From contig OZ242374.1 of NCBI GenBank assembly GCA_965209055.1, positions 256,001 to 320,000 on the forward strand: a DNA stretch of 64,000 nucleotides. The letters run 5' to 3'. Below, piece by piece: positions 29,548 to 40,574 of this stretch. This DNA comes from Acidobacteriota bacterium. GTDB lineage: Bacteria > Acidobacteriota > UBA6911 > RPQK01 > JAJDTT01. Positions within the stretch are counted from its first letter, which is position 1. The number at the start of each line of letters is the position of its first letter. The translations under genes and the position numbers were made by a program. The notes beneath the pieces are model-generated. The model saw only the letters and a program-made list of their open reading frames with translations. It was not told the DNA's origin and searched no databases.

Positions 29548-29973
29548 ATGACCAAGCAGGAGATGATCGAGAATCTGAATGAAGACCTGGCCGGAGAGTT
29601 GGGTGCGATCATTCAATACCTGACCTACGCCGCCAAGACGACGGGCCCCTACAGACCCCAGTTGTCTCAGTTTTTTCTCGGTGAAGTGGCCGACGAGCAG
29701 TTGCATGCCCAGTACTTGGCAAACAAGATCGTGGCCCTGGGCGGCGAGCCGACCACGGTGCCCCGGCCGGTCCCGGCGGCTGCCACCAACCGGGAGATGG
29801 TCGAGCAGGTCCTGGCGGCCGAACGACTGGCGACGCGCGACTACACGGAGCGGGCCCGGCAGGCCGAAGAACTGGGTGACAAGGGATTGGTGGTCCAGCT
29901 TGAAGACATGGTGCGCGACGAAACCACCCATTCGGAGGAGACGGAACGGCTCCTCCGCGACTGGCCTCTCTGA
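29548..29973 (+). CDS. Ferritin-like / bacterioferritin-like protein
   Basis: Di-iron ligand pattern EL.AIIQY, DEQLH, E..A..DY, DETTH. Confidence 0.85.
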   Translation: MTKQEMIENLNEDLAGELGAIIQYLTYAAKTTGPYRPQLSQFFLGEVADEQLHAQYLANKIVALGGEPTTVPRPVPAAATNREMVEQVLAAERLATRDYTERARQAEELGDKGLVVQLEDMVRDETTHSEETERLLRDWPL

Positions 29974-30006
29974 GAGCGCCGGACGGCCACGGCCGGCCGG
30001 CCCGTT

Positions 30007-31523
30007 TCAACCGCCGAGAAGATCTTTGGCCGCCTGCCGCGCCTCGTCCAGTGTCGCGACGAACTGGCTCGCGGGAACCCGCCGCAAAACGGCCAGGGCA
30101 TGAAGAGTTTCGGCAACCGGGCCGGAAAGCCCCATCACCACGAACTCGGTCCGCTCTTCCTGGGCGATGTCCATGAGCTTCTTGATCAACATGGCCGCGC
30201 TGTCATCGAGGTAGGTGGCTCGAGAGAAGTCGAAAATGACCACCTCGTGATCCCTGATGTCGGCGCTGATGGCCCGGGCCAATCGGTTGGAGGAGGCGAC
30301 GGTGAAACTTCCCCTGAGCGCCAACAGACCCACGCGCGCCAGATGGACGTCGCCGCCGGACTCGTCCTGTCGATTGGAGAAGAACGCCTGGTCCAGCAGC
30401 GGCACGGAAACGACACTGTCCATCTCAAGGCGTTCCAACTGCCGTGCATGGGCCATTGCGGCGGCGATCAGTCCGATGGCGATGCCGGTGACGAGATCGA
30501 CCAACACAGTCAGGCCCAAGGTGATCATCATGACCACCAGGTGTTCCCGCCGGATGCGGTGGAGCCGGGCCAGGAGGTGCCAGTCGATGATGTCCCAGCC
30601 GACCTTGATCAGGAGGCCGGCCAGTGCGGCGCGGGGAATCGGCTCGACGAATTGGCCGAGGCCCAGCAGAAACATCAGCAGGACGATGGCGGAAAAGGCC
30701 CCCGAGGCCCGGGTCCGGCCGCCGGCCCGGATGTTGACGGCCGTCCCGATGGTGGTCCCGGCCCCGGGCAGGCCCCCGATGAGTCCCGAAGCCACGTTGC
30801 CGATGCCCTGACCCACCAGTTCCCGATTCGGGTTATGACGTCCGCCGGTGAGTGAGTCGGCAACCAGCGAAGTGAGGAGGCTGTGCACGGCGCCGAGCAG
30901 GGCCAGGATGATCGCCGGCTGCAGGGCCCGCGCCAGAAAACCGGCGGTCCCGCCGGCACGTCCCCGACGACGGGAGCCTCGCTCAGCCACAGAACGCCTG
31001 CGAGAGTGCCGGCGATCAGGGCCGCCAGGGGAGCGGGCACCACTCTCGCCAGGCGGCGAGGCCAGGGCCCGCCCGGTACGGCCGGCGCGCCGAGGAACGG
31101 CAACACCTGAATCAGGATCATGATGATGCCGACGCCGGACATGAATCCGGAGACCACCACATAGGGCGTGTAGGCCACGAATCGCCCGATTCCGGAGACG
31201 CCCATGAGCACTTGCAGCAGGCCAGCCAGAACAATGACGGTCAAGGCTTCCGTGAGGTTGGCGGAAAGGCTGGCGAGGATGACCGCCAGGGCAACGGTGG
31301 TGGGACCTGTGGGCGCGGACAGTTGAGCCCGCGTACCGCCGAACAGGGCCGCGAAAAATCCGACGGCGATTGCGCCGTACACGCCGGCGGCCGCTCCCAG
31401 GCCCGACGCCACGCCCAATGCCAGGGCGACCGGCAGCGTCACCACCGCGGAGGTGAATCCGCCGGAGAGATCCCCTCTGAAACGTTGCAGGTCGTAGATC
31501 TTCTGGCGCCGCCGGTTCGTCAT
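30007..31523 (-). pseudogene. SulP/SLC26 (BicA-like) anion transporter with STAS domain, frameshifted
   Basis: N-terminal part (GDLSGG...PVALALG...GGTRAQLSAPTGP) is in one frame. C-terminal part (RELVGQGIGN, GGLPGAG, STAS VIFDFSRATYLD) is in another. Junction about 30945, second apparent deletion about 31065. Confidence 0.8.
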
Positions 31524-31726
31524 GAAGCGTCAGGTCCGGGACGGAAATCGAACGAGCGAAAGAATACTGCATCCCGGTTCGATGCGCCCGTGTCAATGAT
31601 GGACGGAATCCGCGGCCACCCGCCGTGCTTCGTCCAGGTTCGAGACGATCTGCTTCTTCGGGACGCGCCGAAATTCGGAGAGCGCTTGCAGGGCCGGCCC
31701 GGCGGCATCGGTGACACCCCTGACCA

Positions 31727-33247
31727 TCAATTCGGTCCGTCCTTCTCCTTGAACCGGAAAGCATAGAGCTTGCAGTCCTGGAGGTGGAAACGGAGCCGAA
31801 CCGATTCCCCCGCCAGCTTCTTCAAGTCCGGCTCCCCCTTCCAGCGTACGGGAAGGCGGACCGAGTTCCCGTTCAAGGGCAGAGCCTCGTCCCGCGAGAA
31901 TCCTGGTACGGGCTGCCCCGTTTGATCCAGGATCTCCACCCGAGCCTCGCCTCCTCCTCCCGTGTCCAGGTTCAGTTCCAGTTGAGATCCAACGAAGCGG
32001 ATCGGAGGCGTCGTGATTTGGCCGCCTTCGTACCGCGCGTCGACCGAAACGAAGCCGTCCAACCGGAGTACTGCGCGGCTGATGCCGGTTCGGTGACTGG
32101 AAGACTCGGAATCCAACTGGGAGTCATGGTCCCGGTTGGACCCGTTGTAATAGATCCAAATTTCATCACCCATGCGGACGGGGTGGGGCAGGGCCCAGAC
32201 CCGGGCCGAGTCAAAGCTTCCAGGCGGACCCATTCGAAGGAAGGCCTCCCTGTTGCCGACCCTCCGGAATTGTTTCCCGTCCCGGCTCACCAATAGGCGC
32301 ACGTCCATGGCGCTGGGACCCAGTCCGGACACGGGAGGCCTCGGTTTCCAATGCCAGAAGGCTTGGGCCAGCATGACGTAGACCTGATCCGCTTCTTCGT
32401 ACCGGAAGACGTCGGCGCCGTAGTAGTCCACCGGCGGCTGGCCCGTGGGCGTGGCATGGGTCGCCCGGTCGACAGCGTCGGGCCCCACCACGATGCTCTG
32501 ATTGGTCCAATGGAGGAGATCCGGGGATTCCAGCCGGCGGACCGAACGAAAATTCCGGTTCCGGTCGTCGAACTGGGTCCAGTACCGGGTGAACAGGAGG
32601 TAACGTGACGACGGCGGATCCCAGAAGATGATGCTCTGGGTGTCCCAGCCGCCTGGACCCGGGTCCAACTTGGCAAACAGCTTCCATCGAATGCCGTCCG
32701 GCGAGGTGTGAAGATGGAGTTCGGCGGACGGGTAGACCTTGGCTTGCGTCTTGTACCGGTGTTCCGGCGGAGCGTAGGGATCGATCCAGACGGACGAGCC
32801 ACCGACCTTGCCGGGGATCACGATATTGTTCTGGCGGGACCCGCCCGAATCGTGAAGTCCCAGCCGTGGTTTGACGAACGACAATCCGTCTTCGGACTCG
32901 GCGTAGCAGACTCTCAACACGTCCGGAAAGCGGTCTTCGCCGTACTGGCGCTGGTCGTACCAGAGGCGAGTCTTTCCGTTTTCCCTGAGCACGCTGGAGT
33001 AGAGGCCGATGGAGCCGCCCCGGCCGGGGCCTTCCCAGGTCTGGTCCGGCTTCAGCAGGATTCTCCGGTCCTGCCAGGGAGGGTTCATGGTGAGCCGGAC
33101 TCCGTGACTCGATTCGATGAAACGCTCATCCACAAACAGTTGCTTGCGGGTACCCACGTCGATGGTCTCGGGTGCGGCGCGGAGGCCGGCGCCTGCCAAT
33201 AGCAAGAGGAGCAGCGTGGGATAGGATCTCGCCAGTTTCAGGGACAA
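31727..33247 (-). CDS. Exported putative glycoside hydrolase-like beta-propeller (uncharacterised family)
   Basis: Signal peptide, QLFVDE, CYAESEDG..F.KP.LG, WDTQS..FWD, SRDG, LRLDGFVS. Three paralogs elsewhere in the window. Confidence 0.65.
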   Translation of the reverse strand: MSLKLARSYPTLLLLLLAGAGLRAAPETIDVGTRKQLFVDERFIESSHGVRLTMNPPWQDRRILLKPDQTWEGPGRGGSIGLYSSVLRENGKTRLWYDQRQYGEDRFPDVLRVCYAESEDGLSFVKPRLGLHDSGGSRQNNIVIPGKVGGSSVWIDPYAPPEHRYKTQAKVYPSAELHLHTSPDGIRWKLFAKLDPGPGGWDTQSIIFWDPPSSRYLLFTRYWTQFDDRNRNFRSVRRLESPDLLHWTNQSIVVGPDAVDRATHATPTGQPPVDYYGADVFRYEEADQVYVMLAQAFWHWKPRPPVSGLGPSAMDVRLLVSRDGKQFRRVGNREAFLRMGPPGSFDSARVWALPHPVRMGDEIWIYYNGSNRDHDSQLDSESSSHRTGISRAVLRLDGFVSVDARYEGGQITTPPIRFVGSQLELNLDTGGGGEARVEILDQTGQPVPGFSRDEALPLNGNSVRLPVRWKGEPDLKKLAGESVRLRFHLQDCKLYAFRFKEKDGPN

Positions 33248-33538
33248 CGGTCGTCCTCTGTTACCAAGTCGAAAGGGTCGCGACGAACGGCGGATTTCAT
33301 CATCGTACAGTGTGTCCCCTATTGCAAAGCCGCGATGAGGAGCGGACTCTCACGTGCGTCGAGCCGACCCGTGTGGACAGGTTCCCCGTGATGTGTGGCG
33401 TCGGAGAGGGTCTGTTATCCTTGTGTGCACATCAGGTCACAATTCATGTCGCGCATTTCACTTTTCGAATCAAGAGAGGCGCCGGCAGCGCCGCGCCGGT
33501 TCAAGATCCCGCCCTCAATTTACCCAGGGAGATTCCAC

Positions 33539-36500
33539 ATGATGAAATCGGTGCCCGACTACTTTCTCTTCCCGGCCCTACTGGTGGCGGTCCTCTTCGC
33601 CATGCCGTATTCCCACGCTCAATCGAGCAGTCTGAGCGGAGTCGTCACCGACGAGACCGGCGGCGTGCTTCCCGGCGTCGAGATTTCGATCGTGAACGAG
33701 GCCAACGGGCTCCAGCGAACGGTCATCTCCACCGATGAGGGACTTTACGTCTTTCCGCAGCTCCCTCCCGGCTCCTACACGCTGTCGGCGATACAGCCGG
33801 GCTTCAATCCGGTGACCGTCGAAGACATCATGTTGCTCGTCAACACCAACCTCGAGATTCCCGTGAATTTCGCCGTCGAGGCGCTCACCGAGTCCGTCAC
33901 GGTCTCCGCCGCGGCCAGACAACTGAACACCACCGATGCTTCGGTGGGGAATGCGTTCGGAACCAAGCCGATCGGACAGTTGCCGCTCAATGCGCGAAAT
34001 CCAGCCGGGCTGCTTTCGCTGCAAGCCGGGGTCACGTTCCTGACCGCGGACCCGCTGGACGCCCAGTTATCGGGAGACATCCGGAACGGAACCGTCAACG
34101 GAGCTCAGAGCGACCAGTCGAACGTCACGCTTGACGGGGTCGACGTAAACGACCAGAACGGCCGCCTGCCCTTTACCAGCGTCCTTCGCAACACGCTGGA
34201 TTCGATCCAGGAATTCCGGGTGGTGACGACCACGGCGAACGCCGACCAGGGCCGCTCGTCAGGCGCGCAAGTATCGCTGGTGACCAAGAGCGGGACCAAC
34301 GACATCCACGGGTCGCTCTATGAATACCACCGGAACACGGTCACGGCGGCGAACGATTTCTTCAACAACCGGGCCGGCGTCGATCGTCCGAAGCTCATTC
34401 GGAACGTCTTCGGCGCCTCTGTCGGAGGGCCCATCAAAAAGGATCGATTCTTCTACTTCCTCAATTACGAAGGCCGCCGGGACGCCAGTGAGGGCAGCGC
34501 GGTGCGGCGGGTGCCAACGGCCTCCATGCGTAACGGAATCGTCCGGTACAAGACCGTCGGCGGGGAGGTCCAGACCCTCAGCCCGGAATTCATCCGCACC
34601 AGGATCGATCCGCTGGGGACCGGTCCCAATTCGGCCACGCTCGACTATTTCAGGTCCTTTCCCGAGCCTAACGACACCACCGTCGGAGATGGTCTCAACA
34701 CGGCCGGGTACCGGTTCACGGCCTCGACACCCCTGGTCTGGAACACGCTCATCTCGAAGCTGGATTGGAACGCGGATGGAACCGGGTCACACCGCATGTT
34801 CCTGCGCTTCAACTATCAGAACGACCGGATCACCAGTCTGCCCCAGTTTCCCGGCCAGCCTCCGAACACGGAGACGGCGGACACCAGCCGCGGGTTTGCG
34901 GTCGGGTACGACGGTTCCTTCGGACCCAACGTCATCGGCACCTTCCGCTATGGCTTCACTGGCCAGAAGTTGAACTTTTCGGGAGTCCAGTCGGCATCCC
35001 GGGCAAGTATCGGAGACAGCATCATCGACGATATCGAGGGGTCGACGACACCCCGGGACAGCTACTTGCCGACGCAGACCGCCGGGGCGGACTTCTCGGT
35101 GATCCGCGGTTCGCACACCCTCCAGTTCGGCGGCGTGCTGTTCTCGGTCCGGAACCAACGTGAGAGCTACGGCAACAGCTTTCACTTCGCGAAACAGGCT
35201 GCCTGGGCGTTCGCCGACGGCCCCGCCGTATTCGACACGCCGCTTCCCGCGGCCCCCGCCAACCCCGGTGTCTACCGGGAGACCATGGCGACCGCTCTGG
35301 GGGTCCTCAACTTCTTCGACGCAAATTACAACTACGACCTGCAAGGCAATCCGTTGCCCTTCGGAGAGCCCGTCAGCCGGACTTTCGGAGCGGAGCAGTT
35401 TGAACTCTATGCGCAGGACATCTGGCGCGTAAAACCCGGCTTGACGGTCACGGCCGGCCTGCGTTGGTCGATGATGCCGCCGGTGCGGGAAGTGAATGGA
35501 CTGCAGGTGAGCATCACCCCGGGTCTCGACGAGTACATTGCGCGCCGTCTGGACCTGGCGGCCAACGGCCGGCCCACCCGCGACGCCGGGGCCATCGGCT
35601 TCGTGCCGGCGGACGACCCGCGAGGCGGCCCGCTGTGGACCACCCACTACAAGAATTTCTCCCCCCGGCTTGCCGTGGCCTACTCCCCGGACTTTGCCGA
35701 CGGTTTTCTGGGCAAGCTGTTCGGCGGCCTGGGCCGGACATCGATCCGGGCCGGGGCGGGCATCTTCTACAGCAGCTTCGGGATGGGCATCATGCAGATG
35801 CTCGACCGGAACGCGTTCGGCCTCACCAGCAAGGTGACCAACCAGATCGCCACGGTGGCGGGTTCGCCTCGCTTCACCGGTCTTTCCACTCCCCCTGCGG
35901 CAGGGATTCTGCCTCCGCCGCCGGGAGGGCCCGGCACGCCGAACCCGACCGGACTGGGATGGAGCCAGGGAGTCGACTCCAGCGTGCGGCCTCCCTACAC
36001 CATCAACCCCACCTTTTCTCTGGCCCGCGAGTTCGACGGAGGATTTCTGCTCGAGGTCGGCTATGTGGGCCGGTTGGGCCGCAGACTGCTGGTCAACGAC
36101 ACCGCCTCGGCCCAGTACGTCAACTTCAAGGACCCGGTGTCCGGCGCGTATCTGCTGGATGCGCTCCAGGATCTGGAACTCATGGTCCGGCGCGGAACGC
36201 CGACCGAGTCCGTGCCGGCAATTCCGTTCTTTGAAAACCTCTATTCCGGCGCGGCTACCGCGGACGTATCCGCGACTCAAGCCGTCTACGACGTCATCCG
36301 GGCCAGCAGTCCCGACACCGGAACGGCCATGTACTACATTGACTACGCCTGCGCCCCGTTCTGCAGCGATCTGGGGGCGGGCGCGTTCATGAATCCCCAG
36401 TTCTGGGCCTTCGACGCGCTCCGGTCTTTCGGGACCTCGACCTACCACTCGATGCAGGTGTCGCTGCGCAAAGCCTTCTCCAGCGGGTTCCAATTCCACC

Positions 36501-37252
36501 TGAACTACACCTTGTCCAAGTCCATGGACCTGGTCTCCGTCGGCGCGCGCCGCGGCGTCGGTGAACGGTTCGGTCAGATTCCGGGAGACACCTACTGGTC
36601 TGCGTTCAGCGTCATCAACTCCTGGGACCGGGAGTCGCAGCGGGCCGTTTCCGACTTCGACATGCGCCACCAATGGAACGCCAACTGGGTGGCCGAGTTG
36701 CCCATCGGCCAAGGGAAGGCCCTGCTTCCCGACTTGGGGCCGGCAGGACAGGCTGTGCTCGGCGGCTGGCAGGTCAGCGGCCTGATGCGCCTGACGTCGG
36801 GCCTGCCGCTGAGCGTGCTGAACGGCTTGGCGTGGCCGACCTGTTATTGCTATCAGCACTTTGCGGAAGTCGACGGAGCGCTACCGGAGCAGACGAACAC
36901 CAAGAACGCGAGGCTGATCGGAGGGGGCAGCGGACCCAATGTATTCAGCGATCCGGCGGCGGCCCTGGCGTCTTTCAGACAGGTCCTGCCCGGCGAAGTC
37001 GGGCAGCGCAACAACCTGCGCGGCGATGGAATATTCTCCATCGACATGGCCATCGGAAAGCGCTTTCCCCTGCCCTTCGAGGGTCAAAGCATTCAGTTTC
37101 GGGCCGAGGCCTTCAACCTGACCAACAGCGTCCGGTTCAACGCCGACGTCTGGGAGACTCTCTCCTTCACTTTTCCGGGGAGCTTCGGGAACTACTCTTC
37201 GGTGATGATTCCACCGCGGGTGATGCAGTTCGGTCTGCGCTACGAGTTTTAA
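33539..37252 (+). CDS. TonB-dependent receptor (Oar-like) with carboxypeptidase regulatory-like N-domain
   Basis: LSGVVTDETGGVLPGV, LPLNARN, TLDGVD, IQEFRV, TKSGTN, YAQDIWRV, NFSPRLAVAY, C-terminal QFGLRYEF. Confidence 0.92.
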   Translation: MMKSVPDYFLFPALLVAVLFAMPYSHAQSSSLSGVVTDETGGVLPGVEISIVNEANGLQRTVISTDEGLYVFPQLPPGSYTLSAIQPGFNPVTVEDIMLLVNTNLEIPVNFAVEALTESVTVSAAARQLNTTDASVGNAFGTKPIGQLPLNARNPAGLLSLQAGVTFLTADPLDAQLSGDIRNGTVNGAQSDQSNVTLDGVDVNDQNGRLPFTSVLRNTLDSIQEFRVVTTTANADQGRSSGAQVSLVTKSGTNDIHGSLYEYHRNTVTAANDFFNNRAGVDRPKLIRNVFGASVGGPIKKDRFFYFLNYEGRRDASEGSAVRRVPTASMRNGIVRYKTVGGEVQTLSPEFIRTRIDPLGTGPNSATLDYFRSFPEPNDTTVGDGLNTAGYRFTASTPLVWNTLISKLDWNADGTGSHRMFLRFNYQNDRITSLPQFPGQPPNTETADTSRGFAVGYDGSFGPNVIGTFRYGFTGQKLNFSGVQSASRASIGDSIIDDIEGSTTPRDSYLPTQTAGADFSVIRGSHTLQFGGVLFSVRNQRESYGNSFHFAKQAAWAFADGPAVFDTPLPAAPANPGVYRETMATALGVLNFFDANYNYDLQGNPLPFGEPVSRTFGAEQFELYAQDIWRVKPGLTVTAGLRWSMMPPVREVNGLQVSITPGLDEYIARRLDLAANGRPTRDAGAIGFVPADDPRGGPLWTTHYKNFSPRLAVAYSPDFADGFLGKLFGGLGRTSIRAGAGIFYSSFGMGIMQMLDRNAFGLTSKVTNQIATVAGSPRFTGLSTPPAAGILPPPPGGPGTPNPTGLGWSQGVDSSVRPPYTINPTFSLAREFDGGFLLEVGYVGRLGRRLLVNDTASAQYVNFKDPVSGAYLLDALQDLELMVRRGTPTESVPAIPFFENLYSGAATADVSATQAVYDVIRASSPDTGTAMYYIDYACAPFCSDLGAGAFMNPQFWAFDALRSFGTSTYHSMQVSLRKAFSSGFQFHLNYTLSKSMDLVSVGARRGVGERFGQIPGDTYWSAFSVINSWDRESQRAVSDFDMRHQWNANWVAELPIGQGKALLPDLGPAGQAVLGGWQVSGLMRLTSGLPLSVLNGLAWPTCYCYQHFAEVDGALPEQTNTKNARLIGGGSGPNVFSDPAAALASFRQVLPGEVGQRNNLRGDGIFSIDMAIGKRFPLPFEGQSIQFRAEAFNLTNSVRFNADVWETLSFTFPGSFGNYSSVMIPPRVMQFGLRYEF

Positions 37253-37283
37253 CATAGCCACATCGAAGCCGGCGAAAAGCAAG

Positions 37284-39644
37284 ATGTCCCCGGTCATGGA
37301 GAGCCATTCCCGGATCCGGTCCCTGTTGGTTTGCTCCGTCCTCTTGACCTGCTGGTTCGGCTGGGGTGATCAACTGGCCGCCCAGACCGAAGAATCGGCC
37401 CGGATCGAGTTTTTCGAGCGCCGGGTGCGCCCCCTCCTGGCGAAGCACTGCTTCGCCTGCCACGGAGACGCCATCGAACAACCCCAGGGAAATCTGAAGG
37501 TCGACGGGCGTGCGGAACTCTTGAAGGGCGGCAATCGCGGACCCGCCGTCGTTCCCCACCGGCCCGACGAGAGTCTGCTGATCCAGGCCGTGCGGGGGGA
37601 GCCGATTCAGATGCCGCCCGGAGGCAGGCTCAAGGAGCGGGAAGTCGCCGACCTGGTGGAGTGGGTCCGGCTGGGCGCACCCTGGCCCGAGGCACAGGCG
37701 GCCGCATCCCCGCCGGTTGCCGAAGGGGACGAGCCGGACTGGGAAAAGATCCGCGCCGGCCACTGGGCCTGGGCACCGGTCCGAAAGCCGGCGCCTCCCA
37801 AGATGCCGGCGGAGTCCTGGATTCGGAATCCCATCGATTCCTTCGTCCTGGCGAAACTGGAATCGGCGGGACTGGAGCCGGCTCCGGCGGCGGACTCCCG
37901 CACCCTGGTCCGAAGGATGCACCTGGATCTGGTCGGTCTGCCTCCCACGCCGGAAGAGGTGGCTGAATTCGTGAGCGCGTTTGGCCGGGACCGGCGAGGA
38001 GCCGTCGAGCAGAAGATCACCGAGCTTCTGGGCTCCGTCCGCTACGGCGAACGTTGGGCTCGCCATTGGTTGGACGTGGCGCGGTACAGCGACGGATTCG
38101 GCGGATTCCTGGATCGGCGGAACCGGGAACTGACCCAGGCCTGGCGCTACCGGGACTGGGTCGTCTCCGCCTTCAACCACGACCTGCCCTACGACCGTTT
38201 CGTCAAGCTCCAGATCAGCGGCGACCTCGTAGGGGAGACCGAGGATGCCGTGGCCACCGGATTTTTCGCCCTGGGACCGTACTATACGTCCGACGGCGGC
38301 GACCCCGACAGCGTAGCCCAAGCCCGGGGCGAGACCCTGGACGACCGGATCGACACTCTGACTCGCGGCTTCATGGCGGTCACGGTTTCCTGCGCCCGCT
38401 GTCACGACCACAAGTTCGATCCCATTCCCCAGCAGGACTACTACTCCCTGGCCGGCATCTTCGACAACACCGTGACCAGTGAGCTGCCCCTGGTCCCGGA
38501 GGGGGTGGTCGATGCCTATGAGGCCCACCAGGAGAAGATCAAGGCGCTGCAGGAAAAACAGAGGGACATCGGGGCTCTGGCCCGGGAGGAGATGAGGGAC
38601 CAGTCTCCCGAAGAGAAAGAGCTGATCAAGCAGTTGAAGGCGGAGGTCGAGAAACTCAAGGAGGAGGCGCCGGCCAAGTACGATTTCCTGCAAGTGCTGG
38701 CCGAGGCGGGGAATCAGGACATGCCTCTGGCCGTTCGGGGCAATCTGCGAACACCGGGGGATATGGCGCCGCGGCGTTTCCTGAGGGTCCTGTCCGGGAC
38801 CGGCACCGACCGGTTCAACCAGGGGAGCGGGCGGGTCGAACTGGCCGAGGCCGTGGCCAGCTCGTCCAATCCGCTGACGGCGCGGGTGATGGTCAATCGG
38901 GTCTGGATGCATCATTTCGGCAAGGCGCTGGTCCGGTCGCCCGGCAACTTCGGGACGCTGGGCCGGAATCCGACCCATGGGCAGATGCTGGACTGGCTGG
39001 CTGCCGGTTTCATGGAGTCGAATTGGTCGATCAAGTCGCTGCACCGGCTGATCATGACTTCCGCCACCTATCAGATGAGCAGCCGGTTCGATGCCCGGGC
39101 CTTTGCCGTCGACAGCGACAACGAACTGCTCTGGCGCATGAACCCCCGCAGAATGGACGTGGAATCGTGGCGGGACTCCCTGCTGGCCGTGACCCGGGAG
39201 TTGGACCTGGAGGTGGGCGGCCCGCCGGTGGACGACATCACCGGCAGCAATCGGCGCACGCTCTACGCCAAGGTCAGCCGCAACGGCGACCAGTCCGGTT
39301 CCGACCAGTTCCTGCGGCTCTTCGATTTCCCCATCATGAGGGCCACCGTCCCCGAGCGGAGCGCCAGCATCGTCCCGCAACAGTTTCTTTTCCTGATGAA
39401 CAGCCCGTTCATGGTGGATCGGGCCAAGGCGCTCTCCAAGAGGCTCGAGAGCGAGTCCGCCGATGACTCGGAGAGAATCGGCCATGCCTACCGGCTCCTG
39501 TTCGGCCGGTTCCCGACCGAGGAGGAAACCCTCATGGGCCTCCGGTTCTTGCAATCCGATTCCCCGTCCGGTTCCGAACTGACTCCCTGGGAGCGCTACG
39601 GCCAAGTCCTCATGAGCTCCAACGAGTTCATGTACGTGCGGTAG
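37284..39644 (+). CDS. Planctomycete cytochrome c / DUF1549 / DUF1553 protein
   Basis: CFACH, CARCHDHKFD, YGERWARHWLDVARY, NPLTARVMVNRVW, NEFMYVR. Confidence 0.92.
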   Translation: MSPVMESHSRIRSLLVCSVLLTCWFGWGDQLAAQTEESARIEFFERRVRPLLAKHCFACHGDAIEQPQGNLKVDGRAELLKGGNRGPAVVPHRPDESLLIQAVRGEPIQMPPGGRLKEREVADLVEWVRLGAPWPEAQAAASPPVAEGDEPDWEKIRAGHWAWAPVRKPAPPKMPAESWIRNPIDSFVLAKLESAGLEPAPAADSRTLVRRMHLDLVGLPPTPEEVAEFVSAFGRDRRGAVEQKITELLGSVRYGERWARHWLDVARYSDGFGGFLDRRNRELTQAWRYRDWVVSAFNHDLPYDRFVKLQISGDLVGETEDAVATGFFALGPYYTSDGGDPDSVAQARGETLDDRIDTLTRGFMAVTVSCARCHDHKFDPIPQQDYYSLAGIFDNTVTSELPLVPEGVVDAYEAHQEKIKALQEKQRDIGALAREEMRDQSPEEKELIKQLKAEVEKLKEEAPAKYDFLQVLAEAGNQDMPLAVRGNLRTPGDMAPRRFLRVLSGTGTDRFNQGSGRVELAEAVASSSNPLTARVMVNRVWMHHFGKALVRSPGNFGTLGRNPTHGQMLDWLAAGFMESNWSIKSLHRLIMTSATYQMSSRFDARAFAVDSDNELLWRMNPRRMDVESWRDSLLAVTRELDLEVGGPPVDDITGSNRRTLYAKVSRNGDQSGSDQFLRLFDFPIMRATVPERSASIVPQQFLFLMNSPFMVDRAKALSKRLESESADDSERIGHAYRLLFGRFPTEEETLMGLRFLQSDSPSGSELTPWERYGQVLMSSNEFMYVR

Positions 39645-39769
39645 CCTCTCGCCGAGAGTCCTTCGGCGGCAATCTCTCCTTTTGAAACGTTCTCACTTCC
39701 TTGATCGGACGACCAAAGTGACAGGAAAATCCTCGATCCATCAACGGTCATGTTGTCTTAATGATTAAA

Positions 39770-39786
39770 TCATGCTATTAGCATGA
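39770..39786 (+). promoter_or_regulatory. Palindromic operator of TA module
   Basis: TCATGCTA-T-TAGCATGA perfect inverted repeat 3 nt before the antitoxin ATG, in AT-rich context. Confidence 0.65.
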
Positions 39787-39789
39787 CAA

Positions 39790-40020
39790 ATGAATCTGCA
39801 AGTCAAGAATGTTCCGTCTACACTGCATGAACGCCTGCGGCGCCATGCCAATTCCCTCAACTGCACCATGAGCGATGTCGTGCTCTCCGCGATCGAGCAC
39901 GAGTTGGCCCGCCACGAGTGGCGCAAGCGCCATGCGGACCGACCAGGAGTTGATTTGGGCGTGTCTGCGGCATCACTACTTGAAGCCGTACGGGGAGCCC
40001 GTTCCGAGGAGCTGGGGTGA
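39790..40020 (+). CDS. Ribbon-helix-helix antitoxin (FitA/VapB-like)
   Basis: MNLQVKNVP..LHERLRRHA...MSDVV RHH pattern. GTGA overlap with the PIN gene. Confidence 0.8.
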   Translation: MNLQVKNVPSTLHERLRRHANSLNCTMSDVVLSAIEHELARHEWRKRHADRPGVDLGVSAASLLEAVRGARSEELG

Positions 40021-40418
40021 CGCGTTACGTCGTGGATGCCTCGGCGGCATTCGAGTACCTGTTGAAGACCGCTCTGGGTGAAAGCCTTGCACCCGTGATG
40101 GACGGCGCGTTTCTGGCGGCTCCCGAGTTAATGGACGCCGAGGTGCTCGCAGTCCTGCGCCGGGCTGTTCTGAAAGGACACCTTGAAGAGCGTCGCGCCC
40201 GGATGGCTGTTCAGGACTTGGTCGTCTGGCCGGTCGAGCGGATTCCTCACCGCGTCCTGATCGAGTTGGCCTGGGAGCATCGGTACAACCTGAGCGCCTA
40301 CGATTCGTTCTATGTGGCGGCTGCTCGCTGCTACGGCGCCCCACTGTTGACAGCGGACGGTCCTTTGTCCCGTGCCCCCGGGATCGGTGTGCCTGTCCAC
40401 AATGTTCGTTGCAGTTGA
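40017..40418 (+). CDS. vapC: PIN-domain VapC toxin
   Basis: VVDAS, APELMDAEV, LSAYDSFYVA, LLTAD acidic quartet. Confidence 0.88.
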   Translation: MTRYVVDASAAFEYLLKTALGESLAPVMDGAFLAAPELMDAEVLAVLRRAVLKGHLEERRARMAVQDLVVWPVERIPHRVLIELAWEHRYNLSAYDSFYVAAARCYGAPLLTADGPLSRAPGIGVPVHNVRCS

Positions 40419-40490
40419 TTCAGGCCATGGTCCCGTGGCTACGACGCCAGGACTGTCCCCTTTTTCTGGTGGCTCGGGAGAACCAGGGAT

Positions 40491-40574
40491 GAAGGGGTAC
40501 CCCTTGTGGGTGCCCTCTTTCGTTCCTGCATCTATCGACGGTCCGGGGAGGGCGGCCACAAGGTCCGCCCCTTC
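40491..40574 (-). repeat. REP doublet (REPIN-like), GTAG/GAAG family, copy 2
   Basis: GAAGGGGTACCCCTTGTGGGTGCCC-spacer-GGGCGGCCACAAGGTCCGCCCCTTC. Homologous to 18058-18142. Confidence 0.75.

Noticed and set aside
31561-31596. TTGACA and TATTCT upstream of the SulP pseudogene (minus strand)
   Set aside because: Spacing is 24 bp, incompatible with a sigma70 promoter.
33421-33442. TTGTG...CACAA inverted repeat upstream of the TBDR as a CRP/FNR site
   Set aside because: Spacing does not fit TGTGA-N6-TCACA, so it is too weak to call.
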